A DNA stretch of 64,000 nt from the NCBI RefSeq assembly GCF_009834535.1, contig NC_045724.1, positions 17,918,001 through 17,982,000 of the forward strand, in the 5' to 3' direction. The stretch is from Camelus ferus. Lineage: Eukaryota. Positions within the stretch are counted from its first letter, which is position 1. Every line of letters starts with the position of its first letter. The notes below the pieces were generated by a model. That model was given only the letters and a program-made list of their open reading frames with translations, was not told where the DNA came from and searched no databases. Made by a program: the position numbers and the translations under genes. Positions 1-12,360 of the stretch are shown here, one piece after another.

Positions 1-159
1 AGCTTCTCAAAGTGTGGTCCTCAGATCAACAGTATCAGCATCACCTGGGCCCCAAGCCCAGAGTTTCTGATTCAAGTTTCGGGTGAGGTGCAAAATCTTG
101 CATTTCTAATAACCCCTAGTTGGTGCTCTCGTCTGGAGATAACACTTTGAGAGCCACTG
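1..159. mobile_element. MER5A-like hAT-Charlie MITE (left end cut by the window)
   Basis: Termini cttctcaaagtgtggtcc ... cactttgagagccactg and internal cagcatcacctggg. Confidence 0.8.
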
Positions 160-174
160 TCATCAAGCAAACTG

Positions 175-375
175 GGTATGTTCTGGAGCCCAAGGGACTT
201 AGGTTCAAATCCTTGCTCTTCCACTTTGTGGCTGTGACCCTTGGCCAATCTACGTAAAGTCTCTGGGCCTTGGTTTACTTGTCGACACAGTGGAGTAATA
301 ACATCTCCCGCATACACTATTGTGAGGGATAACGGGTCCGGCCAGTGTCTGGCGCATGGCAGGCACCCAATAAAT
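175..375 (+). mobile_element. MIR SINE
   Basis: ggttcaaatcc...tgtgaccctt core; ends ggcacccaataaatg. Confidence 0.7.
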
Positions 376-689
376 GGGGTTCCCCTCCCCTCCCCCTCGG
401 GGATGTTGCAGAACTGCAGAAGGTCCAGGGAAGGGGGGCTCAGATGGGGAAAGGGATGATGGGAGAGGTTAGGCTTCTTCAGCCTGGAAAGTGGTGTCTG
501 GGCTGAGATGGGGGCTGTAACGCAGGACGTGGCGGAAAGAGCTAGCTTGAGCTGGTTCACCAAATCCTCCTACCCCAGGGTGGCGAGGGCCCTTCTTGTG
601 CTGGAGAAGGATCAGTTTAGCATCAATTACAGGAGGTGAATCAAATGACAGAACTCATCAGTCCAGCATTTGTGGAAAATGAAAATGCT

Positions 690-873
690 TCCAATGTGGG
701 GAAAAGGACTCGGACAGTGACAGAACCACCTGGAGGGCTTGTTCAGCTGTTTCCTGGGCCCCACCCTGAGCATCTGGCTCAGTAGTTCTGGGTGGGGCCT
801 GAGAACGTGCATGTCTAACAGGTTCCCAGGTGATGCTACTGCTGCTGGTCCAAGGCCCCACTTTGAGAACCAA
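690..873. mobile_element. MER5A-like hAT-Charlie MITE
   Basis: gggtggggcctgagaacgtgcatgtctaacaggttcccaggtgatgct...cactttgagaacca matches the MER5A pattern. Confidence 0.8.
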
Positions 874-1499
874 GGAAGCCTCTCATAGATGGGCTTCCTA
901 TGACGGGTGATTAAGAAGAGAGGAAGAGTCTGGGCACTCGTGGGAAGATGATAGCGGGATAGCCTGGGCCTTAGAGCCCTTGGGGATGACCCAGAGAAAC
1001 CTCCAACCCAGGCTTCTGACCACCTGGCTGGCCTGCTTGTTGACCTATAAGAGTGGCCACAGCTAGTAGTGCGGGCTTCTGACAGCATGACGTGGCTCTG
1101 TGAGAAAGACAATATTGGCTCCAGATAAAAGATGGGGAAACTGGTACTTCAAGAGTTTTAGTTGCACCCTTCAGGTCACCTAGCTGGGAAGAGAGGGGGC
1201 CATTCTAGAACCCATAGTCGTTGGAAATTAAAGTAAGCAATTTCCCAGCCCAAGGGGGCTCTAAAGGCATCTTAGGCCAAGAGCCAGTCCTGGGCTCCTC
1301 CTGCACCTACACCATGCATCCCACTAGTCACCTCCTGTCACCCTGGCCTCCTCACCCTCCTTTAGCTCTGTCTCTGCACCCCTACTGTGATGTCCCCCAG
1401 CTGGGGGACACTATGGCTGCCCCCTACTGGCCTGCTTGCTCCCACCTGACCTCCCCCAACCCACGGCGAGCTTCACACAACACACCCCCAACCACATCC

Positions 1500-1820
1500 C
1501 TCTCCTGCTGAACTGGCTTCCCACTGCCCTCAGGACCAGGGCCTGGCATTCTCCGGAGCCGGGCATTCCACACCATGCATGGCTGGCCCTGCCTCCCTCC
1601 ATGGCCTCTTCTCCCCTTGGCCTCTCGCACGCGCTGCGCTCAGCCACGCAGAATTACTGTAGCTCCACAAACGTGCTTCACTTTTTCCTACTCTGTAATC
1701 TTGGTATGAGCTGTTCCTCTGCCCGCAACAGACCCTCCCTTCACAATTCCAGGCTGGTTCCTGCTCATTAGTCAGGGGTGGCTTAGATGATCTCTCCTGC
1801 GTGAGTCTTCCCACCCGGTA
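1500..1820 (+). mobile_element. L2 fragment
   Basis: Pyrimidine-rich L2-type 3' region (aactggcttcccactgccctcagg...gagtcttcccacc). Confidence 0.5.
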
Positions 1821-2159
1821 ATGGCTTGGTGCAGGGGGCGCCCCCTCCCACAATTCTTTCTCACTTCTTATGACTGGATATTTTTGAACATACACAAAAG
1901 TAGAAAGAACAGTCTAATAGACCCCCCCAGGGAGTCATCACTCCATGTCAGCAAGTCCCAGCACAGACAGTGCTTCTCTCTAGAGCGTTCCACCAGGCCA
2001 CTGCAGCCTGTCCACACACACTACCCCTCTGCCATACCAGCCCTGAACACACTGCAGGCCAAGACAGTGACTCGGGCCCACTAGTTCTCAGGACATTAGC
2101 ATAGCTCTTGGCCTAGAGAAGACCCTCAATCCACTGTAGGTGGACAGTAAGTCCCCAGT

Positions 2160-2349
2160 GGTTGAGCACGTACTACAAATTCAGGTGCTCTGCTAAGTGC
2201 TTTCATGTCTTAGCTCACTGAATCCTCATAGCATCCCTGTAAGGCACAGGTAATTATTACCTCCACTTCACAGACTGGAAAACTGATGCTCAGAAGATTA
2301 CACAGCTGGTCCGTGATAGAAGGCAAGCCAAGGCAGTCTAACTCTGGAC
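2160..2349 (-). mobile_element. MIR SINE
   Basis: ttgagcacgtacta...aatcctcatagc...cacttcacagactggaaaactga. Confidence 0.75.
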
Positions 2350-2630
2350 TAGAGCTTCTCATAGAAATAGAACGTGGGCCACATGCGTTATCTAAAATTC
2401 TCTAGGAGCCACATTAAAAGAAAAAAATAGGTAAAATTAATTTTAATGTTATATTTAACCCAGTATATCGAATATACCATTTCCACATGTCATCGATGTA
2501 AGACATTACTGAGATATTTTACAATTTGTTTTGCAAACTAAATCTTCAAAATTTTGTGGGTCACCTTCGTAGTCACATGGGCAAACATATTGGCCAGCAG
2601 AGCTAGTGGTCACCACCCTGGACAGCGGCC
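2350..2630 (+). mobile_element. MER33 hAT-Charlie MITE
   Basis: atagaaatagaacgtgggccacatg...agccacattaaaag...tttaacccagtatatc...gctagtggtcaccaccctggacagc. Confidence 0.8.
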
Positions 2631-2759
2631 CTAAAGCCTGCGTGCTCAGCCACTCACTTCTCTATACTTAAATGAAGGAGGAAATGGGTAAATAGGAGTG
2701 CCAAGGACCCCTGGTCCTGATCTTTCTTTGACAATTAATAATACCTAATATTTTATGGC

Positions 2760-2930
2760 CCTTTAGAGTCTCTCTGGCACCATCTTATCTGCTGTGGGAG
2801 TTATTATCTCCGTTCTGTGGATGAGGATTATGGGGTTTCAAGAGGGCCAAACGCCTTGTTTGGACACCCTGCTGCAGGTGGCGTGGCTGGGCCTTAAATC
2901 AATAATTCTGGACTCCAAGTCCAGTGCTCT
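2760..2930 (-). mobile_element. MIR SINE
   Basis: ttattatctccgttctgtggatgagga...ctggactccaagtccagtgctct. Confidence 0.6.
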
Positions 2931-5231
2931 GCAGGGCAGGGGTGCAGCTTCCCCTGGAAGCAGGACTGTTTCCATCTGGCAGAGTAGTGTCTGCTCAGAC
3001 TATAGGCTGGGCTGGCCGCTGGGGAGAAGAGCCTGCAGAGCACCAGTGGTCAGGCCCCGGAGGAAGTGATGCCCTTGGGAAGAGGGAGCAATGGGGCTCA
3101 TGCTAGGTCCTCAAAAGGAAAGAATCTTGTCATTCTTCAGTCGTAGTTTGGCCACGAGAGGCTGAGAACAAATTGATGGCAATGGGGCTATAACTTACCT
3201 CTGAAGGCCTTTTTGTTCTTGGCAAAACAGAGGGGTCATTAGTAATGCGGAAAGCACTGGTGTGCAGACATAAATCCCCCCCCAGCTGCAAGGCTGATAA
3301 ATAGCCCAGAGGGGATGGGGCCTCAGGGAGCCGGGGAGGGTAACTGTGTACCACGGATCACTGTGGGCTTGGGCCTGTGTCCACCCATCTGCAGACAGAG
3401 CCACCACCTGCCCAGGCTCTGCAGGTGCCCGGAGACTTGGTTACCCACAGTGCCCTCAGGACTTGCTCCTGGCTCTGGGAGCTCCTGAGGCCCTCAGTTC
3501 TTTCTTTTAAATGAAAATGGTTGCAGAGCACCTGGGCTGGAGCAGGCTCCCACCAGGCAAGCGGGGCCAGCACTGAGTGGTCAGCGTGGAGGCGCTGTGG
3601 TGGGGCATTTTTTCCTCTTGCTTCAAGCCAAACAGGCACCAGCCAAACCACCCGGGGGAGGACTGGGACTACCACCGGAGAGGCAGGCACGTGAGGCCAG
3701 ACCCTCGGCAGACAACGGTCTTTGCAACAGTGTCTACACTGGTCAAGGGAACTGGAGAAGAGGCCAGATCCTAGTCTTCTGTCCACCTGCTCCCCTGGGG
3801 ACTCTGAACTCCTGCCTGTCTGCCTGCTTTCGGCTAGCTCACGGGGATACCATGCGAGACCAGGGCCAGTGCTGGGGGAGAAGGGCAGGCAGGTAAGCCA
3901 GATGCTTAGGCCGGGAAAGGAAGATAAAGAGGACTGCACTTTCCTAAAGCTGTCTGAACTGGATTTGGGGGGAGGAGGGGGTCGGGTGGTGACAAACATC
4001 CACGAGATTGAGGACCATCATGACCACCCTACCAGCGTGGTCCAAGTGCTATCTCACCAAGGAGGACAGACATTTGCTGCAGGGCCGCCCTCTCCATTTC
4101 CACACCCACAGCAGACTCTACCAATTGAATGCCACACTGAGCCTGTTTGGCTTCCTCGTCCTCTTTAGGCAGCCATTACCAATCAATCAAAGTTGGCATG
4201 TGAGAGAAATCCATTTGTCATCCTTTCTAAAAGCCCTCAGGGAGCATCTGTGCTGGCAACAGGAATCCTATAAAGTAAAGCTAAGCTAAGTGCTCCAGGC
4301 CTTCTAGAAGTTTCCACATCCTGCCCCAATCTTCACACACATCCCTACCTGTAGTTTCACATCCTGGGTCTTTCTTCTCATCCTGTTGTTTGCATCTGGG
4401 GACCCGGCCCAGGAGAGTGTGCCCTTGGAAATCTCACAGGATGCTGTCGCAGGCAACTGTCCCCAGACTCCAAGCTCAAGAGCCCAGCCCAGATCCCAAA
4501 GCCTTGGCGGCTCTACCCTCCTACCTCCTGCTGCAGGGGAAAAGGGTGGCTGGGGCCATCTCTGAAGGGTAAAGAGGACCTGAGGGTCTAGGGCTGGTGG
4601 CCTGGCAGCCAGTCCACACTTGAAATGGACCAGTGCCCTGGAGGATGACCTCTCACTATCACTGCAGGCATTTCTAGTCTGCCCATGACCTCAGGCTAGA
4701 TCCTGGCCCTCTGCTCCCTGCTCACATCCAGGGGTATGCCTGGAACCAGCCCAGAGACAGTGAGATGAGGAGACAACCAGCTACCCAGCCACGTGTCCCA
4801 TTCCTGCTGCCACCTTATACTGGGCCCCCAACTCCATCAGCCTTTGGGCTCACTGGGGCTCCCTCAGATCTCCAGTGCAAGCCCCTTGTCACTAGGAGGC
4901 ACTTGCTTTGCTTCCCAATTTGACAAACTCATGAAGGAGACCAGTACCAGTATGGATCTCCCTTCTCTGCCTACCAGGAGAGGGCCCGCTAATTCCCAGC
5001 AGGACTCTGCCTTCCTACAGAATGGCTTCCTTCCTAGGACCTCCTTTTCCACATCCTGGCCTAAGGACCACCTGCATCTGGGCCACCGAGAAAAAGGGCC
5101 ATTCCCAGGCCCCGCCCCAGTTCTAGAGAATGAGAATCTCGTGGGTGCCAAGGACTCTGCCTTTTTGGTAGGAGAGGCCCAGGCTATTCTCTGGCATACT
5201 GGGATTTGAAAACCCACTACCCGTAGAGTGA

Positions 5232-5310
5232 CATTCATTCATTCATTTATTCATTCCATAAGCACACATTGGGGTTTACTCTTGCTGAGTCCTGTGCTGA
5301 GCACCAGAAT
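5232..5310 (-). mobile_element. L2 3' end
   Basis: cattcattcattcatttattcattcc...cctgtgctgagcac. Confidence 0.6.
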
Positions 5311-5559
5311 GGGGAGGAAATGGGGTCGGGGAGCAGAGACCCAAACCCACACTGGTATTGCTGCTGCTGACCACACGAGCTGGTCTGACATTTGCTCTGG
5401 GTCCTGGGGCCCGCTGGGCTTAGAAGCACAATAACAGCCTTGCCAGAAGCTGCAGGTCACAAAGAGTCCATAATATCCCTGATTTCCTGCATTCCCAAGG
5501 ATGGGAGGCCTCTCCCTCCTAGGTAACTCCCAGCATCCTGAAGGTATTATTAGCTGCTA

Positions 5560-5770
5560 GCAGTAATAATACTCCTAGTTAACACTTGTGAAATACCTTA
5601 CATACGTTAATGAAGCTCTTTACACATAGTAAGTCTTACGACTCTTGAATCACCTGTGGTAGATTCTCTTATTGCTCCCATTTTATGGATGAGAAACTGA
5701 GGTAGGAAGATCCACCCAAGGCAATATGCTCAAGAGACTCCATCCATGTTCTTGATCACTACTCACTGGT
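5560..5770 (-). mobile_element. MIR SINE
   Basis: cccattttatggatgagaaactgagg core. Confidence 0.75.
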
Positions 5771-6664
5771 GTCCTTTGATCTTTAGGGGGGAAATGCCAC
5801 TCTCTATTCTTGGCAGTGGGGTAGGGAGGGGCAACTGGCCTGGTGGCCTGCCATCCTCCTGACCATCAGTCTGGCCTGCCCAGATGAACCAGGCCGACCC
5901 TTCAGTCACTAGTGGGCTGGGGGTGGGAGAACAGGAACAGGTCCAGAGCCTGTGTTTGAGTGAGCAGCTTCTCGTGGACCTCTGACCAGCCCCCTTGCTC
6001 CAAAGCCGCCTAGTCCCAAGACAGCCAAGGAGTTGCTACTTTGCTGGTCTTTGGGTGGGGATGTGGGGTCAGGGGTTCCATCAACCAGAACCCTCTTTGC
6101 ATTCAATCACTATCCTGCTCAACCCAGAGCTCGGGTGGGAGAGGAGGGCTTATGTGCCTCGCCTCAACATTCCAGATAAGACGTGAATTTCTAATGGTCA
6201 GAAATGTATAAAGAGCATGAACTCAGTTAAAGTTGCAGCTGTATGAGTTCTAAAATGATGAGAAAACTGCCAACTTTTCATCAAGTAAGTAAAGAAAAAC
6301 AAAGAAAAGCCCAGAGCCTTGAAAGAGGTTAGACAGAAGTCACCAGTGACCCGGGCTCAGAGCCCCAAAGTGCCCAGATGCCTGAGACCTTGAATATCAG
6401 CACATGCTCCTGCCCCACAACACCCCGGGCAGCCCCCGACATCTGAGCCTCAGGCGCAAGCTCCTCTTCTCCTCCCTTCCTCCTTCTTTCTTCATCCAGT
6501 CAGTCTCCTGCCCGGGTTCTTTAGCCAGTGTTGTCCCTGGGGACAGGTCCCCTCATGCCACTGTCCCACACACCCATAGACCCCTCCTCAGCCCTACAGA
6601 GCCTGGCATTCCTACAGTGGCTCTTCCTGGGTCATGTGGGGGACCAGGGCAGCCCAAGCCTTAC

Positions 6665-6743
6665 CTGAGACGATGGTGTAGCCAATCCCCCGGGGACGTC
6701 CTTTATCCTGGTCAATGGCAGTGATAATACGCACTGTCGTGCC
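6665..6743 (-). CDS. CDH23: CDH23 coding exon (human exon 9, c.754-832): GTTVRIITAIDQDKGRPRGIGYTIVS(G)
   Basis: Matches recalled residues 252-278. Acceptor atgcttcctgtctcccacccag|GGC; donor CAG|gtaagg. 79 nt, phase 0-1. Confidence 0.97.
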
Positions 6744-7094
6744 CTGGGTGGGAGACAGGAAGCATTTGAGTTCAGCTGCCCAGCCCCCAGGCTGATGTTC
6801 TTCTTTGTAGTTGTCCTGGCACCCACAGCTTCCCTCCCTATGGGGACTCCTGGCTGCAAGGCCAGCGAAAGAACTAGATGCCAAGTGCACAGGCCTCAGC
6901 TGTGCCCGTTATCCCTAGGACATACACCAAGGCCTCTGGACAACACCTCAGTGTCCTTGGAGAGACCCAATCTTGCTGATGCTATCACTCTCCCTTCCCC
7001 TCCTCATCTCCCCTCATTCAGATGAACCACCCAGGAAAGAAATGCTGATGGAGAAGCATCCAGCAAGAAAACAAGGGATCTGGTCTCTATCTTG

Positions 7095-7260
7095 ACCGTC
7101 CATCACATTGCTGTGTGACGTCAGGAAGGTTGCTGTACCTCTCTGTTTTCTCCCACCTTAATATGAATAACAGCAAAACCCTGGAACCTTGTTTTCACTA
7201 GGGCCTAAATAAAGGAGAGCATCATGGATCAATTACTCTGTAAATGAAAGCATCATAAAT
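7095..7260 (+). mobile_element. MIR SINE (diverged)
   Basis: gctgtgtgacgtcaggaaggtt...cctctctgttttctccc...aataacagc. Confidence 0.55.
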
Positions 7261-7559
7261 CCTGAAAGTGAGTCTCTCCAAGAATGACTGTGACAACCCT
7301 GGTGGCCACCATGGACCTCTGAACCGTGCCCCATCCAGCACTGCAACCCACAGTTCCTGCCTCAAATGGCTCTGTCCCACACCTCATTCATTCTCCCTGT
7401 AGCAATGGGGGAGGGGAGCCAGGAGCTGGGACTCTCATGATGGGGATTCAAGGCTCCATGCTTTTGGGGAGCACATGGTCTGCAGTGAGGGGTCAAGGAT
7501 ATATGCACAGACACTGCTATACAGATATGGAGTTGCTTGGATGCATAAATGTACCCTAA

Positions 7560-7800
7560 AGTGTAGAAGTCCACCTGGAGAAACTGGCAAAGGGCTGTAC
7601 AGCTGGTGACATTTAGGATGGGTCATGAAGGGTGAGTAGGAGTTTGCCAGAGAGAGAGAACAAAAGGAAGGTGCGCCAGGCAAAAGACACAGCACAGGCA
7701 GGGGCCTGGAAGCCTAAGAGTCTCTAGAAAGAGATGCTGGCATATAGTGGGTGCATTCAAATACCAAATGATTGGTTGATTGGTGAATAAATGAACATAC
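7560..7800. mobile_element. L2 fragments (minus-strand body, plus-strand tail)
   Basis: acatttaggatgggtcatgaagggtgagtaggagtttgccag; ctggcatatagtgggtgcattcaaatacc...gaataaatgaa. Confidence 0.6.
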
Positions 7801-8644
7801 GTATGATTGGATCCTAACAATATTACCACCACCACCACTTGCTGCATCGCCCCTTGTCCAGGGCAACCACTTTGCTCTCTAGGTCCTACCACACCAGCTG
7901 TGCCTCCCTTCATGCCTGCCTGAGGTTCTGGTCTAGGCTGCAGTTTCCCCTGACTGATGGAGAGCAGGACAGCCCTGTCCCCATGCCCCAGGGAGATATC
8001 AACCCTGGCATTTGCATGTCTAATGAAGGTCTCTTGTGGCCTTGGTGCCTCTCATGCATTTGCCATTCATCAGCTGGAGGCTGAAGCCTGTATGTGGCAC
8101 CCTCCACCCCAATCTGAACACCTTCTTTTGAGAGAGGCTTGTTCCTAACATGCAGACCTCTGACTTGGGGCGGGGAGCAGGGGAGGCCTAGGGGCAAGGT
8201 GCCTCCCCCCTCCAACTCCTCCAGGTCTCGCTCCAGGTCTCCCCCAAGACCCAGGAGGGGCATCTACCACCTCACCCTCCCAGGGCAGTGCTGCCCCTGC
8301 ACAGCTGTCGCTCATCCTCTCCTGAACTTAGGTGGGTGGCAATCCAGAGCATCTCTAGGTTTGGCTGAAGGAAAGTGAGAAAGTTGCAGAGGAAATGTCT
8401 CCCGTAGAGAAATGGACACAGCACAGAGGCCAAAGCCCGGCAGAAGGCAGGTCTGGCTCTTTTCTGTGGGCCCTTCCCCCTGCCCCACCCTCCCGCGCAG
8501 GAGACTGGAGCTCTGGCTAGATTCCCTGCGGGGAGACAGACTGTTAGGAAGTCAGAGAAAGATGCCATTAATTGCCAGAGTGGATTCTGAGGACCTGAGC
8601 TGTGCGAGAGGGTGAAGCACCTGCTGCGACGGGAGCCCTTCTCC

Positions 8645-8850
8645 AGCACTTGTTCCGTGCCTGGCACTGCTGTGAATGCTTTTATGTCTTAACTCCTTTC
8701 ACGCTCACAACTACCCCAGGAGACAGCTCCATTTTACAGATGAGGAAACTGAGGACCATGAGTTAAGTGGCCTTTCCAAGGTCCTACCCGCCGCAAAGAG
8801 TGAAGCTGGGAATCAGATTCAGATACTTTGGCTCCAAAATTCTGTTGCCC
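8645..8850 (-). mobile_element. MIR SINE
   Basis: ccattttacagatgaggaaactgagg exact MIR core. Confidence 0.85.
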
Positions 8851-10289
8851 ACCAGGCAATGCTGCTTCCATACAGGTTGTTATAATAACGGTAACCGTCA
8901 TTTATGAGAGTCATTGCTATGTTCCAGGCACCACTGTAAGCAATTTACAAGCATTAATTCATGTCAAATTTGGGAAAACATACATCCCCTGTCCCTCCCT
9001 TGGAGATGCACAATGGGCTTTAGTGTGATAAAGGCTTCAAGAAGCAGTAAAGTAGCAAAGAAATCTGTTAACCTTTGTTTTCTCCGGCATTCTGAGCTGA
9101 AGACAGACTCTCTTCATGTAACATCTGTTAACAGCCCCAGACCCAGGGGTCAGAAGGAGGTGATTTGGAAAGCACTGCATTAGATCTGAAGGGTCGCTAA
9201 CAACTTGCCCCCTGCCATCATCCCATCAAGGGTTCTTTTTTTGGAGGTATGCCTTTCCTGGGGTCACTCCTCACACAGGAGAGGCCTGGGTTTGTCCCAT
9301 TCTGTCCCCAGAGTGCAGGACTCTGGCCCGAGGCTCCAGCTGTCAGGATGGGCTTTCTGGACACCAGGACAGCTCCCTCTTTTATGGCCTCATCCAACTT
9401 GAGCCTCACATGCGTCCCAGCATGAGGGGCCCCTGGCCTGCCAGGCTGACTGGGCCCAGTGCCCACCAAAGCACCATTCCAGACAGTCACTAAACAAGAA
9501 ACCTGGGGGGGCAGCTGCAAGCGCACAGGCATACAACCAGGGCTGGGCGTGGCTGGGTCGGGCCCGGGTCAGTGAGTCTCAAAGAGACTGGAAAGGGGCC
9601 AGTGCTGGCCTGTGCAAAGAGGGGAACTGGCGACCAAACAACCCTCAGTCCTTAGAGCCTTGTGAACATCTCCCTGTGGGCATGCCTACCCTGGGCGGCC
9701 TGGAGTCCCCCTGGGTGGGTGGAGCTCAAAGGGGACCAGACAGCAAGGAGGCTGGCTCTCCCCAGGAAAAGATACACCTGAGCTTCCATGAAGTGAGCTC
9801 TAAAAGGCTTCTGACAAAGTTTGGGGTTTCATCTCTTTTTGGGTAAATAAATCCATTTTTAATAAAACCTTGAGCTTTTAATACAAGTGCAGCCACAAAG
9901 ACTGGAAATGTTATGAGAAGGAATTAACAGGGAGGAATAGGGGCTCTTGGGAACTCATGGCTCTTGTTTCAGAGTCTCAGTGATTATATTTTCAATATAC
10001 TGAAACTTATTTCCAAAGATGAGGGGATGGAGAAGTGTCCGCCCCAAGGCTGGGCCCCGCTATGGGCTGGCTCTCCAGGGAGGGTCTCAGCTAGGGGTGC
10101 ACCAGGGCATGGCCAGGAGAGCAGATGGGTGGGCCCAGAAGGGCTAGAAATGGGGTGCACCAGACCACAGGGCTTCTTCCCTTCACAGGAACTCCCATTG
10201 CAAGGATGCCCCCTTCTGGGAAATGAGGCTTCCCCGAGAGAGGCCAAAGGTACACAGGCCCGTGGGGTCCTGACTCCTCGTGGTGGGAA

Positions 10290-10500
10290 AAGCAGTACGG
10301 CAAAGGGGGTAAGGGTTTGACTCTGTGGTCAGACTTCCTGGGTTTGAACCCTTAGAGTGAGTTACTTAACCTCTCGCTGCCTTGTTTCCCCCATCTATAA
10401 AATGGGTATAACAACAGTCCCCACACCTCAGGAAGTGAGACATGTAAAGTACTTGCAATAGCACCTGGGTCATGGCCAATGCTATAAAACCAACTGTCAC
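10290..10500 (+). mobile_element. MIR SINE
   Basis: agacttcctgggtttgaaccc...gttacttaacctctc...catctataaaatggg. Confidence 0.85.
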
Positions 10501-10689
10501 TATTCACTGGGGCCTGGAACCGTGAGCAGCTGATGAAAGCTAAGATACCTCTTCACAGACAATGCATGCACGTGATATTCCAAACAACAAACTCAGACTC
10601 CCCAGGACCCCAGGTTAATAATCCCTGCCCTAGAGGTAAGGTGTTTTCTGGCATTCTATAGAGAGAACAGCTAGGCGCTCACAGGGAGA

Positions 10690-10830
10690 GCTAGCATTAG
10701 TTGAGCACCTACTGTGTGCCAAGCCTTGTGCTGGGCCCCCAGCATAGGTTCCCTCACAACTCCTCCCAGTGAGGGGATATGTGGGGAGACTGAGGCTCAA
10801 GGGGTCCGGGATTTGCTTATTGCTTAAAGT
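10690..10830 (-). mobile_element. MIR SINE
   Basis: ttgagcacctactgtgtgccaagc...ggggagactgaggctc. Confidence 0.7.
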
Positions 10831-11280
10831 CCCAAGGTGCGGTGAGTGGGTGGGTGAGGGTGTTGGGGAAGACGGAGGGCTGTATCAGGGTGGGTAAGGG
10901 GTGCCAGGCATCCCCAGCCTCTGAGGCTTGGGTACCAGAAGGGAAGTCGGGGCAGAGTCGAGAGGAGCTGGGATTGCTCTCCCTCCTGTGGCTGCCTCCT
11001 TCCAATGAAGCTGGCCAGGAGAGTGGCTAAAGCTGGAGCCTTGGGGGGCCCGGTCCACCTCTTCCCTGCCAGCCCAGCTGCCTCCCTGCCCCACTATTTC
11101 CATGACAGGATTAAGGACTTGAAAGGTGGACGTGCAGTTTGCTTCAGGAGTGGGAGGCACCCTTGTGGGGAGGAGGCCGGTGGGGGCTGAAGGGGACTTC
11201 CGACAAGAGCTGCCACAGCAGATTCTGAGGCAGAAAATCCTATTTCTCAGTCCTTAATTCCAGTCAATTCCAGTCAAAGG

Positions 11281-11476
11281 NNNNNNNNNNNNNNNNNNNN
11301 NNNNNNNNNNNNNNNNNNNNNNNNNNNNNNNNNNNNNNNNNNNNNNNNNNNNNNNNNNNNNNNNNNNNNNNNNNNNNNNNNNNNNNNNNNNNNNNNNNNN
11401 NNNNNNNNNNNNNNNNNNNNNNNNNNNNNNNNNNNNNNNNNNNNNNNNNNNNNNNNNNNNNNNNNNNNNNNNNNNN
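11281..11476. other. Assembly gap (196 N)
   Basis: Run of N. Confidence 1.
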
Positions 11477-11984
11477 GATAGAGGCAGGCATACATGCTGG
11501 GAGCCGCAGATAAAGAGGGGAAGCGAGGGAGAGAGGGCGAGGGTCCGGATGAGGCCCCAGGCCAGCAGAGGCAGGCCTGGGTTGAGGGATGCCTGGGTGC
11601 CCCGGCCCTGGGGGCTGACCAGGCCGCGCTGGGGCTCCTCAGCCTTGGCCTGGCCAGGGAAGCACTGCGTTAAATCAGAGTTCCACACTGTAAAGAAACA
11701 TGGAGGGCCTGGATCAAGGCACGGAAACTGATTAGAAGCAGGGAAAAACCAGGCTCTGGGTGTATGGGAAGTGCAAGAGATGTGAAAATTTTCAAGCGTG
11801 GAGGCAGAGGGAGTCAGAGGTGTGTGGACACTGAAGTGATTCCGTGGGCACTGAGAGAGCCCGAAACTTTCAGCTTACTTCCTTGTCTGGCTCCCTCAAG
11901 CCTGGTCACATGACCCAAGTGGCGGGACTCAGACTGGCTCCCTGGGAGCGACCCAGGCATTGGCGTTAGTGGCCTCGAAGGAAT

Positions 11985-12225
11985 GAATAAATTGGGAATT
12001 TGAGACTAGCAGATACTAACTACTATGCATAAAACAGATAAACAACAAGTTTCTACTATATAGCAGAGGAAACTATATTCAATATCTTATAGTAACCTCT
12101 AATGAAAAAGAATATGAAAACAAATTTATGTATGTGTATGTATGACTGAAACATTATGCTGTACACCAGAAATTGACACATTGTAAACTGACTATACTTC
12201 AATTAAAAAAGAATGTAAATTTAAA
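11985..12225 (+). mobile_element. L1 3' UTR end, artiodactyl/camelid type (copy 1)
   Basis: cagatactaactacta...aaacaacaag...gaaattgacacattgtaaactgactatacttcaattaaaaaa. Confidence 0.9.
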
Positions 12226-12360
12226 NNNNNNNNNNNNNNNNNNNNNNNNNNNNNNNNNNNNNNNNNNNNNNNNNNNNNNNNNNNNNNNNNNNNNNNNNNN
12301 NNNNNNNNNNNNNNNNNNNNNNNNNNNNNNNNNNNNNNNNNNNNNNNNNNNNNNNNNNNN
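12226..12360. other. Assembly gap (135 N)
   Basis: Run of N between two L1 pieces. Confidence 1.

Larger units (their letters stand above)
1..6664 (-). other. CDH23: CDH23 intron 9 (partial)
   Basis: Starts gtaagg; the next exon (NTNSIFALDYISG...) was not seen in the window. Confidence 0.9.

Noticed and set aside
1088-1095. UPRE-like TGACGTGG
   Set aside because: A single 8-mer at chance frequency, without supporting context.
1829-1846. CTCF-like GGTGCAGGGGGCGCC within the palindrome AGGGGGCGCCCCCT
   Set aside because: Lacks the conserved CC at the motif start, and about 4 perfect 14-bp palindromes are expected by chance in 64 kb.
3722-4289. Overlapping + strand ORFs (148 aa and 93 aa) with a coding-like look
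   Set aside because: No recognisable domain, no convincing splice or promoter context, antisense within a CDH23 intron; ORFs of this length are common in GC-rich DNA.
11256-11280. AATTCCAGTC repeated twice at a gap edge
   Set aside because: Probably a contig-end artefact; it cannot be judged because of the Ns.
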